Shown here piece by piece: positions 1 to 10,534 of a stretch of 64,000 nt of DNA. Made by a program: the position numbers and the translations under genes. The stretch's first letter is position 1. Each line of letters opens with the position of its first letter. Source of the DNA: Octopus bimaculoides. Its lineage: Eukaryota. Under the pieces are notes generated by a model. It saw nothing but the letters and a program-made list of their open reading frames with translations. It searched no databases and was not told where the DNA came from. The stretch covers positions 35,779,405 to 35,843,404 of the forward strand of contig NC_069000.1 of the NCBI RefSeq assembly GCF_001194135.2, read 5' to 3'.

Positions 1-122
1 AGCATACAAGCAAGGGGTTGTCTCAAATGGGTTGGTATGGAAAGGGTTAAAGTTCATTTCATTTCCACGATGATGATGATGATGATGATGATGATGGCCT
101 TTTCGTTTTATCTCTTACTCAG

Positions 123-499
123 CAAACAGCAGCAGTTCAACCTGGTTCTTTCCTCTCTCCGGTGATGTCGACAGTTCCTAATGCTGTGGCTCGAAACTCC
201 GCAACGCCAAACATTACCACCATATTCAGCAACGTCACCTCCTCCGCTGCCGTCACCAACAACAACAACAATACCACTGTCTACACCAGCGACCCTGTTG
301 TCAGCCAGCAGTTGCAGGCCATAACGCAACAAGTGCAACCAATTCAACAACAACAGCAACAACAACAGCAACAACAACAGCAGCAACAACAGCAGCAACA
401 GCAGCAGCAACTGTCACAACAACAGCAACAACAAAACATGAACACTACTACCTTGACCACTCAAACCACTGATAAAATATTCTATCAACAAGCCCAACT

Positions 500-545
<46 letters not shown>

Positions 546-642
546 CAACTGCAGCAAGTGCAACAACAACAGAATGGCAATGCGGTGACTATTACAGCGA
601 CAAGTATTGGTGTCCTTAACAAAGCTCAGGTCCATCGGTCAG
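123..642 (+). CDS. ZNF341: ZNF341-like zinc finger protein, window exon W1 (gene 5'-incomplete); Q-rich region
   Basis: Pyrimidine tract plus AG at 121-122; open frame QTAAVQPGSF...polyQ...HRS; donor GTAAAA at 643; phase 1 joins W2 (G|GT = Gly). The exact acceptor is uncertain because CAG repeats follow. Confidence 0.8.
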
Positions 643-720
643 GTAAAAATCTAAATTCACTTTAACCACCACCACCACCACAACCACCTTTCATATTCAT
701 TATTATAATCAGTATTAAAG

Positions 721-1352
721 TAATGAGCTGGCAGAATCGTTAACATGCCAGGTAAAATGCTTAGCAGTAATTTGTCCGTTTTCATGATCTGAGTTCAAAT
801 TTCACTGGGGTTGATAAAATAAGTACCAGTTGAATACTGTGGTTGATATAATTGACTAATCCCTTCCCCCCGAATTTCAGGCCTTGTGCCTATAGTAGAA
901 AGGATTATTTTTATTGTTATTAAAGTGGAAAGCTGGTAGAATCATTAACATGCAGAGCAAAATGCTTAGCAGTATTTTGTCTGTCTTTACATTCTGAGTT
1001 CAAATTCTGCCGACGTTGACTTCGCCTTTCATCCTTTTGGGGTTGATTAAATAAATACCAGTTATGTACTGGGATCAATGTAATCGACTTACCCCCTCCA
1101 CCACAAATTTCAGGCCTTGTGCCTATTGCAGAATGGATTATTATCATTATTTAAGTGGTGAGCTGGCAGAATCGTTAGCATGCCTGGCAAAATGCTTAGT
1201 GGTATTTCATCTGTTGTCTTGTTCTGAATTCAAATTTCGCCATGGTTGATAAAATAAGTACCAGTTGAATACTTGGGGCTGATGTACTCGGCTAATCCCC
1301 TTCCCTGAAATTTCAGGCCTTGTGCCTATAGTAGAAAGGATTATTATTATTC
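721..1352 (+). mobile_element. Three tandem copies of tRNA-derived SINE family B (Meta-domain-like)
   Basis: Each copy has GAGCTGGCAGAATCGTTA..., GAGTTCAAATT, the central GCCTTTCATCCTTTTGGGGTTGATAAAATAAGTACCAG block (resembles the MetaSINE domain as I recall it) and an (ATT)n tail. Confidence 0.8.
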
Positions 1353-1434
1353 TTATCATCATCATCATGTGGGAGTTTCTGTAGGGTTGCTTGACCTGTT
1401 AGGAATAACAGCTTAATCATTTTGTTACCATATT

Positions 1435-1880
1435 TCTGACTAAAGCCTCGTGAGTGGATTTGGTAGACAGAAACTGAAAGAAGCCCGTTGCATATATATA
1501 TATATGTTTGTCCCCACACCATTGCTGGACAATAGATTTTGGTGTGCTTGCATCCCTGTAACTTAGCGGTTCAGCAAAACAGACCAATAGAATAAGTACT
1601 AGGCTTACAAAGAATAAGTCCTGGGGTTGATTTGTTCAACTAAAGGTGGTGCTCCAGCATGGTCTCAGTCAAATGACTGAAACGAATAAAAGAATATTCT
1701 TTTATTCTTTTACTTGTTTCAGTCATTTGACTGCGGCCATGCTGGGGCATTGCCTTAAACAGTTTTTTAGTTAAAGAAATCAACCCCCAAGACTTATTCT
1801 TTGTAAGCCTAGTACTTATTCTATCAGTCCTTTTACCAGACCGCAAAGTTACGGGGGACGTAAACACACCAATATCAGTT
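1435..1880. mobile_element. Two family A SINE copies joined tail-to-tail
   Basis: + copy to 1695 and - copy from 1696; junction AAAGAAT|ATTCTTT. Confidence 0.8.
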
Positions 1881-2000
1881 GTCCAACCCATGCCAGCATG
1901 GAAGACATGTTAAATGACGATTGTGAGGGTTGGTAGAGTTAATCTTTGACAGGCTGTTGTCAGGATTGTGAACGAAGCCTCCTCTTTTGCTTTCTTTCAG

Positions 2001-2317
2001 GTCGGAAGGTGTTACAGTCAAACAACATCATCACCATCTTGCCGTCGGTTCAACAAGATGTTGACCTTCAGCAGCCACTGAAACTCCGCAGTGTGAAGGA
2101 GACGATCATGTCTGCTGCGGAGAGCAGTGATAATCGTACGGGAAACTGGAGTAAGAAAAAACTTCAATGTGAGCTCTGTAATAAGTATTTTGCCAAAAAC
2201 TTTGATCTCCAGCAGCATATCCGTTCTCATACGGGTGAGAAACCATTCCAGTGCATCGTCTGTGGTCGAGCATTTGCCCAGAAGTCGAATGTCAAGAAGC
2301 ATATGTCTACTCATAAG
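2001..2317 (+). CDS. ZNF341: ZNF341-like exon W2, two C2H2 fingers
   Basis: TTTCTTTCAG acceptor; [53 protein letters not shown] closely matches vertebrate ZNF341 as I recall it; GT donor at 2318, phase 0. Confidence 0.95.
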
Positions 2318-3647
2318 GTTTGCCAAATAAGACATTTTCATTTGTTCCTAACATTTTTATGTATATTATTATTATTATCATCATCATCATCATCATCATT
2401 AAAGCAGCAAGCTGGCAGAATTGTTAGCATACCAGGCAAAATGCTTAGTGGTAGTTTGCCCATCGCTACATTCTGTGTTCAAATTCTGCCAAGTTTGACT
2501 TTACTTTTTATCCTTTCAAGGTCAATAAATTAAGTACCAGTGAAACACTGNNNNNNNNNNNNNNNNNNNNNNNNNNNNNNNNNNNNNNNNNNNNNNNNNN
2601 NNNNNNNNNNNNNNNNNNNNNNNNNNNNNNNNNNNNNNNNNNNNNNNNNNNNNNNNNNNNNNNNNNNNNNNNNNNNNNNNNNNNNNNNNNNNNNNNNNNN
2701 NNNNNNNNNNNNNNNNNNNNNNNNNNNNNNNNNNNNNNNNNNNNNNNNNNNNNNNNNNNNNNNNNNNNNNNNNNNNNNNNNNNNNNNNNNNNNNNNNNNN
2801 NNNNNNNNNNNNNNNNNNNNNNNNNNNNNNNNNNNNNNNNNNNNNNNNNNNNNNNNNNNNNNNNNNNNNNNNNNNNNNNNNNNNNNNNNNNNNNNNNNNN
2901 NNNNNNNNNNNNNNNNNNNNNNNNNNNNNNNNNNNNNNNNNNNNNNNNNNNNNNNNNNNNNNNNNNNNNNNNNNNNNNNNNNNNNNNNNNNNNNNNNNNN
3001 NNNNNNNNNNNNNNNNNNNNNNNNNNNNNNNNNNNNNNNNNNNNNNNNNNNNNNNNNNNNNNNNNNNNNNNNNNNNNNNNNNNNNNNNNNNNNNNNNNNN
3101 NNNNNNNNNNNNNNNNNNNNNNNNNNNNNNNNNNNNNNNNNNNNNNNNNNNNNNNNNNNNNNNNNNNNNNNNNNNNNNNNNNNNNNNNNNNNNNNNNNNN
3201 NNNNNNNNNNNNNNNNNNNNNNNNNNNNNNNNNNNNNNNNNNNNNNNNNNNNNNNNNNNNNNNNNNNNNNNNNNNNNNNNNNNNNNNNNNNNNNNNNNNN
3301 NNNNNNNNNNNNNNNNNNNNNNNNNNNNNNNNNNNNNNNNNNNNNNNNNNNNNNNNNNNNNNNNNNNNNNNNNNNNNNNNNNNNNNNNNNNNNNNNNNNN
3401 NNNNNNNNNNNNNNNNNNNNNNNNNNNNNNNNATATATGTATGTACATATATACAACGGGCTTCTTTCAGTTTCCATCTACCAAATCCACTCACACGGCT
3501 TTGGTCGGCCCGAGGCTACAGTAGAAGACACTTTCCCACAGTGCCACGCAGTAGGACTGAACCCGAAACCATGTGGTTGGTAAGAAAGCTACTTACCATA
3601 CAGCCATGCCTGTGCCTATATATATATATATATATATATCATCATCA

Positions 3648-3833
3648 TCATCATCATCATCATCGTTTAACGTCCGCTTTCCATGCTAGCATGGGTTGGA
3701 CGATTTGACTGAGGACTGGTGAAACCGGATGGCAACACCAGGCTCCAATCTAATTTGGCAGAGTTTCTACAGCTGGATGCCCTTCCTAACGCCAACCACT
3801 CAGAGAGTGTAGTGGGTGCTTTTACGTGTCACA
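3648..3833 (-). mobile_element. SINE family C, 5'-truncated young copy
   Basis: Nearly identical to the corresponding part of 63692-64000. Other copies near 14380, 15480, 17440, 28095, 28960, 45835 and 46835. Confidence 0.85.
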
Positions 3834-4398
3834 TACAATGGGCTTCTTTCAGTTTCTGTCTACCAAATCCACTCACAAGGCTTTAGTCAGCCCGTGGCTA
3901 CAGTAGAAGACACTTGCCCTCGGTGTCAAGCAGTGGGACTAAACCCAGAACCATGTGGTTGGGAAGCAAGCTTTTTACCACACAGCCACACTTGTATGTA
4001 TCTCCCATCATATTTACTCCTGAGGTTTGATCAACCTGGGACACTTGCCCTTGCTACCATATAGTGGGATTAAACATGAGACCACATGGTTGTGAAGCAA
4101 GTTTCTTAACCATACTATACTATTACTTCTATGTAAACTTGTGATCTTATACATATTTTAAAAAAACCCATAATCATCATTTCCCTCCACTCTGTTAGGA
4201 GGCACAAGCATAAGACACTTGCCTAAGATGCCATGCAGTGGGACTGACCCTGAAACCATATGGCTGGGGAGTAAGCTTCCTAACCACACAGCTATGCCTG
4301 CACCTGTCATTTTATAATCATCATCATTATCATCGACATCATTATTTTATGTCTGTCTCTTCTTTTTTCACAATTTCAATATGTCTTTTGTCATCCAG

Positions 4399-4533
4399 GT
4401 CTGGCCGAGTGGCATGGGTTCCACATTGCCTCAGCAACCGTCTCCACAGCCGTCATCTGCTGATGAGGCAGAAGCTGATATCACCGAAGAGCCTACTATA
4501 CCCATGCCTCAACCTGATTCAACTTGTGAGGAG
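4399..4533 (+). CDS. ZNF341: ZNF341-like exon W3
   Basis: TCATCCAG acceptor; VWPSGMG continues the conserved HK|VWP motif; donor GTAAAT at 4534; 135 nt, phase 0/0. Confidence 0.9.
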
Positions 4534-4636
4534 GTAAATTTCAGTCATCTTCTACAATTTTATTTGGTTTCTCCTTCATTTCAAGAGGGCCACATCTCTT
4601 TCATCCTCCCAACCACTTTTCTCCCTTTTTTTTCAC

Positions 4637-5226
4637 TTTTACTCTTTTACTTGTTTCAGTCATTTGACTGCTGCCATGCTGGAGCACCACCTTTAGTCGA
4701 GCAAATCAACCCCAGGACTTATTCTTTGTAAGCCTAGTAATTATTCTATCAGTCTCTTTTGCCGAACCGCTAAGTTACAGGGGACGTAAACACACCAGCA
4801 TCGGTTGTCAAGCGATGTTGGGGGGACAAACACAGACACAAACATATACACACACATTCATACNNNNNNNNNNNNNNNNNNNNNNNNNNNNNNNNNNNNN
4901 NNNNNNNNNNNNNNNNNNNNNNNNNNNNNNNNNNNNNNNNNNNNNNNNNNNNNNNNNNNNNNNNNNNNNNNNNNNNNNNNNNNNNNNNNNNNNNNNNNNN
5001 NNNNNNNNNNNNNNNNNNNNNNNNNNNNNNNNNNNNNNNNNNNNNNNNTTATACATATAGAAACGACGGGCTTCTTTCAGTTTCCGTCTACCAAATCCAC
5101 TCACAAGGCTTTGGTCGGCCCGAGGCTATAGTAGAAGACACTTGCCTAAGGTGCCACATAGTGGGAATGAACCCGGGACCATGTGGTTGGTAAGCAAGCT
5201 ACTTACCACACAGCCACTCCTGCGCC
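4637..5226 (-). mobile_element. SINE family A copy (gap in central microsatellite)
   Basis: Collinear with 7589-7986 on both sides of the N run. Confidence 0.85.
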
Positions 5227-5986
5227 TATGCACTTGTATACCAAGTACACTTTTTTTTTTAATCATTTCATTATATGTAAACCCCCATACCTTATGTCTG
5301 TCTTTGTATTTGTCCCCCTCATCCTTCGCCCTTGTGGCAAATAAATGAACTCATTATTATTATTATTATTATTATTATCATTATTTAAGGCGGTAAGCTG
5401 GCGAAATTGTTAGCATGCTGGACAAAATACATTTTGTCCTTTCTTTACCTTCTGATGCCTTTGCGTTCAAATGCCACCAGGGTCAACTTTGCCTTTCACC
5501 CTTCTAAGGTCAATAAAATAAATACCAGTTGAACACTGGGGTCAGTGTTATCGAGTTACCCCCTCCCCCAAAATTGCTGGCCTATAGTAGAAAGGATTTT
5601 TATAATTATTGATTTGACTCAGATTTATTCTTATTCCTGACAGAATTTATGCAGGTAACAGGTTGCCTTACTACCTGTTGCCTTAGGTATCCACAATCTT
5701 TCAATAGTCTTTCAAGTGCTTAAGGCCCTCCTCCTGATAATCTTTCCTGTCCCTAAGAGGCAAACTTTCTATTATTATTGTTATTATTATTTTTCTTCTT
5801 CCTCCTCCTCCTCCTCCTTCTCTTTCTTCTTCTTCATGTCGCATACTATGTATACTTCCCTTTTAATGTATATCATGTATACTTTTCCTTCTTTTTTTAT
5901 CATTTTATTATATGTAAACCCCGACACTTTATGTCTGTCTTTGTATTGTCCTCCTCATCCTTCATCCTGGTAGCAAATAAAAGAAA

Positions 5987-6027
<41 letters not shown>

Positions 6028-6545
6028 GAGTGAGAGAGCAGTGCATGCCATCAAAGTGACACTGGGGTAAAATATACGAAGCCCAATATACCCATCATGA
6101 CTACCTGTCTGATAAGGGTACACCAGGCACATGCATCACAACCATATGTGCGCGACATGGTGATCTCATATCAAGATGAACAGCGCATGACCTTGCAGGT
6201 GGGGCCCAGTTAGAATTTTCTTCAGGTCAAGTAGCTTAACCAGCTCAAAAGGTCCCTGAATAAGGTTTGTTTGAGGATGTCGAACGAAACACCCATGTTT
6301 CCAACGGTGAATTATTCAAACCCCAAAGAATTCCTCTCAACAAATGGCTATGATGCTCCCCCATTACATCTGCTCATGATCAGAGATGCACATATCGTCA
6401 GCCACCAAGGGACATGTTCAACTGGTTAAGGTCAGACAACTGACAAGCAAATCTGTGGTATTGAGCAGAATATTTGCTGTAGCCCAACTTTTTATACCAA
6501 GACAAAACCATATACATGAGAACACTTCCAATTAATTAAGATCAG
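6028..6545 (-). repeat. Probable non-LTR interspersed repeat with (AAT)n tail
   Basis: Complex-sequence block abutting a (TAT)n run at 5990-6027; family not identified. Confidence 0.4.
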
Positions 6546-6777
6546 AAACCATGAGACCCACTGCCTAGTACTGCATCCAGGCATAAACCATGAGAGCCAC
6601 TACTACTACTACTACTACTATTATTATTAATTAAGCTAGTAGACATTTCGTCCATCTTCCTGTTGTTCTTCAGACAATAGGAAAAACCAAAGCTTAATAT
6701 CATTAACAACTTTCTTTCTTTCTTTCTTTCTTTCACTACCTTCTCTCATTCTCTTGTTTTTCTCCTTCATCTTTCAG

Positions 6778-6837
6778 ATTATAGAGGAAGAACAGAAACA
6801 AAATGTTATAAACAACTGTCTTTCTTTTCGTTTTTGA
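6778..6837 (+). pseudogene. Degenerate duplicate of the 5' end of exon W4 (pseudo-exon ending in a stop)
   Basis: Pyrimidine tract plus TTCAG, then ATTATAGAGGAAGAACAGAAACAAAATGTT versus W4 ATGACAGAGGAAGAACAAAAACTAAATGTC (25/30 identical by eye); reads IIEEEQKQNVINNCLSFRF*. Confidence 0.65.
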
Positions 6838-6839
6838 AA

Positions 6840-7145
6840 ACACGTGGCTTAGTGGTTAGGGTAGTCGGCTCACAGTTGTAAGGTCGTGAGTTCAATTCTC
6901 GGTGGTGCACTGTGTCCTTGAGCAAGGCACTTTATTTCACATTGCTCCAGTCCACTCGGCTGGCAAAGATGAGAAGTACCTGTATTTCAAAGGGCCAGCC
7001 ATGTCACATTCTGAGTTACACTGAATCTTCCTTGAGAACTATATTAAGGTTATGCGTGTCTGTGGAATGCTCAGCACATTAATTTCATGAGTAGGCTGTT
7101 CCGTTGATCAGATCAACTGGAAAACCAATCATCAAAACCAAGTGC
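6840..7145 (+). mobile_element. tRNA-derived SINE family D
   Basis: A box TGGCTTAGTGG, B box GAGTTCAATTC, then TGTGTCCTTGAGCAAGGCACTTTATTTCACATTGCTCCAGTCCACTC; second copy at 26395-26715, partial at 16400-16570. Confidence 0.8.
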
Positions 7146-7254
7146 TAGGTTTATTTTCTGTCTGTGTGTCTGTCTGTCTTTTCCAATCACTCTCTCACTC
7201 TCACTCTCTCTCTCTCTTTCTCTTTTCACCTTTCAACTGCTCTCTTTCCTTCAG

Positions 7255-7380
7255 ATGACAGAGGAAGAACAAAAACTAAATGTCGTTGTTGACAACTCCT
7301 ACCTGTGCCAGTATTGCCCTGAGAAGTTCAAGTCTTACTTCCAACTGAAATCTCATATGGTCCAACACAAGAGTCAGCAG
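7255..7380 (+). CDS. ZNF341: ZNF341-like exon W4, one C2H2 finger
   Basis: Long pyrimidine tract plus CAG; [42 protein letters not shown]; donor GTAATA; 126 nt. Not present in the supplied ORF track. Confidence 0.93.
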
Positions 7381-7588
7381 GTAATATACAAACATGACTG
7401 AAAATTAAGGGGTTATGGGGGTGGGGGTGGGAGGAGGAATAAGCAGGAGTTTGCTGCACGACAGCGCAAAAGGAAAGTGGATGCTGGCATATTTGATGTA
7501 TCTTTTACGCTTTACTTGTTTCAGCCATTGAACTGTGGCCATGCTGGAGCATTGCATTGCAGGGTTTTAATGGAACAAATTGACTCTC

Positions 7589-7986
7589 TTTTACTCTTTT
7601 ACTTGTTTCAGTCGTTTTACTGTGGCCATGCTGGAGCACCGCCTTTTAGCGCAAATCGACCCCAGGACTTATTCTTTGTAAGCCTAGTACTTATTCTATC
7701 GGTCTCTTTTGCCGAACCGCTAAGTTACGGGGACGTAAACACACCAGCATTGGTTGTCAAGCGATGTTGGGGGGACAAACATATACACACACATACAAAT
7801 ATATATATATATACATATATATACGACTGGCTTCTTTCAGTTTCCGTCTACCAAATCCACTCACAAGGCTTTGGTCGGCCCGAGGCTATAGTAGAAGACA
7901 CTTGCCCAAGGTGCCACGCAGTGGGACTGAACCCGGAACCATGTGGTTGGTAAGCAAGCTACTTACCACACAGCCACTCTTACGCC
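7589..7986 (-). mobile_element. tRNA-derived SINE family A, full-length reference copy
   Basis: Minus strand: A box TGGCTGTGTGG, B box GGTTCAGTCCC, body, central (TA)n(TG)n, tail CAGCATGGCCACAGT..ACTGAAACAAGTAAAAGA. About 20 copies or fragments in the window. Confidence 0.85.
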
Positions 7987-8672
7987 TATGCCGAAAAATT
8001 TTAATGCATGTTGGTACAAACTCGTACATTGAATATCATCATTATTCAATGATTTCGAAGCCTGATGGGTCAGAGTTTAAGGCAGATTTTCTGAAGCCAG
8101 ATGCTCTTCATGTTGCCAAACCTTCCCTTTCCCAAAATGGCCAGAACTTTTTTCACAGGATATTGGAAATGAATGACATTCATTTACAACAACCACAAGA
8201 TGTGAAGACAAAGAGACACAAACATACATCACCCCCACCACCACCACACACACACGTGTGTGTGTGTATATAAGAATAAGATGGACTTCTTTCAGTTTCC
8301 AGCTAGCAAATCCACTCCCAAAGCTTTAGTTGGTACAGGGCTGTACTAGAAGACACTTGTCCAAAATGCTATGCAATGGAATTGAACCTGAAATCATGTG
8401 GTTGGGAAGCAAGCTTCTTAACCACTCAGCTACACTTGCACCAACATATTTAATATATTTATGATATTCATTTGCATTTAAAAAGCATTTTGTGAAGATG
8501 AAACAAAATGAGAAAAGGAATTATCTTTCCTTGTTTTCTAACACTATATCTGGTATTAAATGTTTGTTGTGGATTTCAAACCAATAGTTTATGCCATTTA
8601 CTAGACTTATGAAGTTGTGTTTCCTACTAATAAGCTTGTCTTGTAATCTTGTTTTCTACTCTTTGTTTTTAG

Positions 8673-8872
8673 GTATACAAGTGTGTTGTGAAGTCGTGTG
8701 GACTAACATTTAAGGAACTTGAACTCTTCCTTACTCACACGAAAAGTCACGAGGAAGACATGAGTTATCGGTGTCATGTCTGTTCAAAGCATTTTGCTAC
8801 TCTTTATGATCTTGGAGTGCACCAATTCTCCCATAGTGTTTGTGAGGATACTATTAATCGAAACGGTCCAAG
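8673..8872 (+). CDS. ZNF341: ZNF341-like exon W5, two C2H2 fingers
   Basis: TTTTTAG acceptor; [13 protein letters not shown]...[23 protein letters not shown]; donor GTAAGT at 8873, phase 2. Confidence 0.95.
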
Positions 8873-9416
8873 GTAAGTCTCTTGCAATTTGATATAACAG
8901 AAAAAATGTGTACGTATCGGAGAAAAACTTAAAATAATGAACTTTTCTACTATAAGCACAAGGCCTGAAATTTTGAAGGAGGATGCTAGTTGATTACATT
9001 AATCCCCCCCAAGTACCCAACTGGTACTTATCTTATTGGCTCCAAAAGATGAAAGGCAAAGGCGACCTTGGTGGAGTTTGAACTCAAAACATAAAACTGG
9101 AAGAAATGCTGCAAAGCATTTTGTCTGGCGTGCTAATGATTCTGCCAGCTCACTGCCTTAAAAAGATTTAGAATAATAATTCTTTTCACTATAGACACAA
9201 GGCCTGAAATTTTGGGGAAGGGGCTAGTCAATTGCTTAAGGCTTACTACCTTAAAAAATCTAGGAAAATAATGAGAAAATAAAAGAAACATATCTCACCT
9301 CTCAGGTGATATTTACTTCATTAGAATTTAGAAACTTTGAAGAATGTGAAGTATTATTTTTTGATGGTGGAACTCAAAGTAGTTAATTGTCAAGCCATGC
9401 TAGGGAGACAAACAAA

Positions 9417-9451
<35 letters not shown>

Positions 9452-9677
9452 GATAAGCTCCTTTCAGTTTCCATCTACCAAATTTTCTCACATAGCTTTG
9501 GTCAGCCCAAGACTATAGTAGAAGACACTTGCCCAAGGTGCTACGCAGTGGGACTGAACCCAAGATCATGTAGTTGAGAAGCAAGCTTCCTGCCACACAG
9601 CCACACCTGCGCCTATATGTATATTAGTGTACATTATTTACATTTGATGAATATTTGTCCTCATCTTGTTTGTTGTT

Positions 9678-9723
9678 AACACAACGTTTCAGCTGATATA
9701 CCCTCCAGCCTTCATCAGGTGTC
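9678..9723 (-). ncRNA. Minimal type I hammerhead ribozyme motif (better-preserved copy)
   Basis: Minus strand reads GACAC-CTGATGA-A-GGCTGG-AGGGTATA-TCAGCT-GAAA-CGTT-GTGTT: stem I GACAC/GTGTT, both core boxes, 6-bp stem II, palindromic AACGTT stem III, GUU cleavage triplet. Confidence 0.65.
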
Positions 9724-10027
9724 TTGGGGAAATTTCAAACCTGGGTTCTCATTCCTAAGGTATTTTTCGATGTTATTATTATTATTATTATTATTATTAA
9801 GGTCACTGCCTGGAATCGAACTATTATGAAATATAATGTACTAATGAGTGAATAATCACCAAGCCCACGGGCATCTGGCATAGTGGTTAAGAGCGCTGGC
9901 TACTAACCCCAAGATTCTAAGTTCGATTCTAGGCAGTGACCTGAATAATAATAATAATAATGATAATAATGATAACAACATCGAAAAATACATTAGGAAT
10001 GAGAACCCAGGTTCGAAATTTCCCCAA

Positions 10028-10073
10028 GACACCTGATGAAGGCTGGAGGGTATACCGGCTGAAATGTTATGTT
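10028..10073 (+). ncRNA. Minimal hammerhead motif, degenerate copy
   Basis: GACAC-CTGATGA-A-GGCTGG-AGGGTATA-CCGGCT-GAAA-TGTT-ATGTT; stem II still pairs, but the stem III palindrome and the first stem I pair are disrupted. Confidence 0.5.
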
Positions 10074-10181
10074 AACAACAAACAAGATGAGGACAAATAT
10101 CCATCAATTGTAAATAATGTACATAATTCCTCATCTCTTAAATACAGAACTGTATATTAATGTACATTTTTTTTTCTGCAG

Positions 10182-10342
10182 GCATTTCCAGTGTACCAAA
10201 TGTCTAAACAAGTATTCCACACCAGAAGCTCTGGAACACCATTTAACCACATCATCTCATGAATTTCCCTGTCCACATTGTAAAAAAATATTTCCCTGTG
10301 AACGATACCTTCGCCGTCACCTGCCAACACATGGAAGTATAG
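10182..10342 (+). CDS. ZNF341: ZNF341-like exon W6, two C2H2 fingers
   Basis: TTTTCTGCAG acceptor; [52 protein letters not shown]; donor GTAAAA at 10343; phase 2 in, phase 1 out. Confidence 0.95.
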
Positions 10343-10534
10343 GTAAAATTTGTATTTATGAATTACAATTTCTCTTTTTTGCACTTTTTACACTGACAAT
10401 AACAATGACGAACAGAATCATCAAAGAGAAACAGCTAGAAGTAGCAGCTAAACCTTCTTCAAATCACACTCTGCCATCTTCTAAGAACACATTAGATAAT
10501 GTGGTCCTGGATTCACTGTTTTTTTTTTATTTAT

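Larger units (their letters stand above)
9618..10168. mobile_element. Inverted head-to-head pair of a tRNA-headed retroposon with a Penelope-like 3' part
   Basis: 9628-9821 is the reverse complement of 9921-10121. Right copy has A box TGGCATAGTGG (9876) and B box GTTCGATTC. An 18-nt direct repeat (TGTATATTAGTGTACATT 9618 / TGTATATTAATGTACATT 10151) brackets the unit. Confidence 0.75.

Noticed and set aside
108-635. PolyLeu ORFs on the minus strand
   Set aside because: Antisense shadow of the polyQ coding exon.
2508-3583. Long ORFs of 200-400 aa here and at 4805-5131, 26888-27354, 31298-31811, 36332-37591 and 40449-41240
   Set aside because: They run through N gaps (X residues). Several gaps fall in the central microsatellite of family A SINEs. 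Assembly artefacts.
5644-5654. Possible 11-nt microexon (CAG|AATTTATGCAG|GTAACA)
   Set aside because: Frame-shifting, weak pyrimidine tract, and W3 joins W4 in frame without it.
9869-9942. tRNA genes (also at 6840, 10770-10840 and 12143)
   Set aside because: A and B boxes are present, but I could not fold a full cloverleaf and each runs into a repeat body; these are SINE heads.
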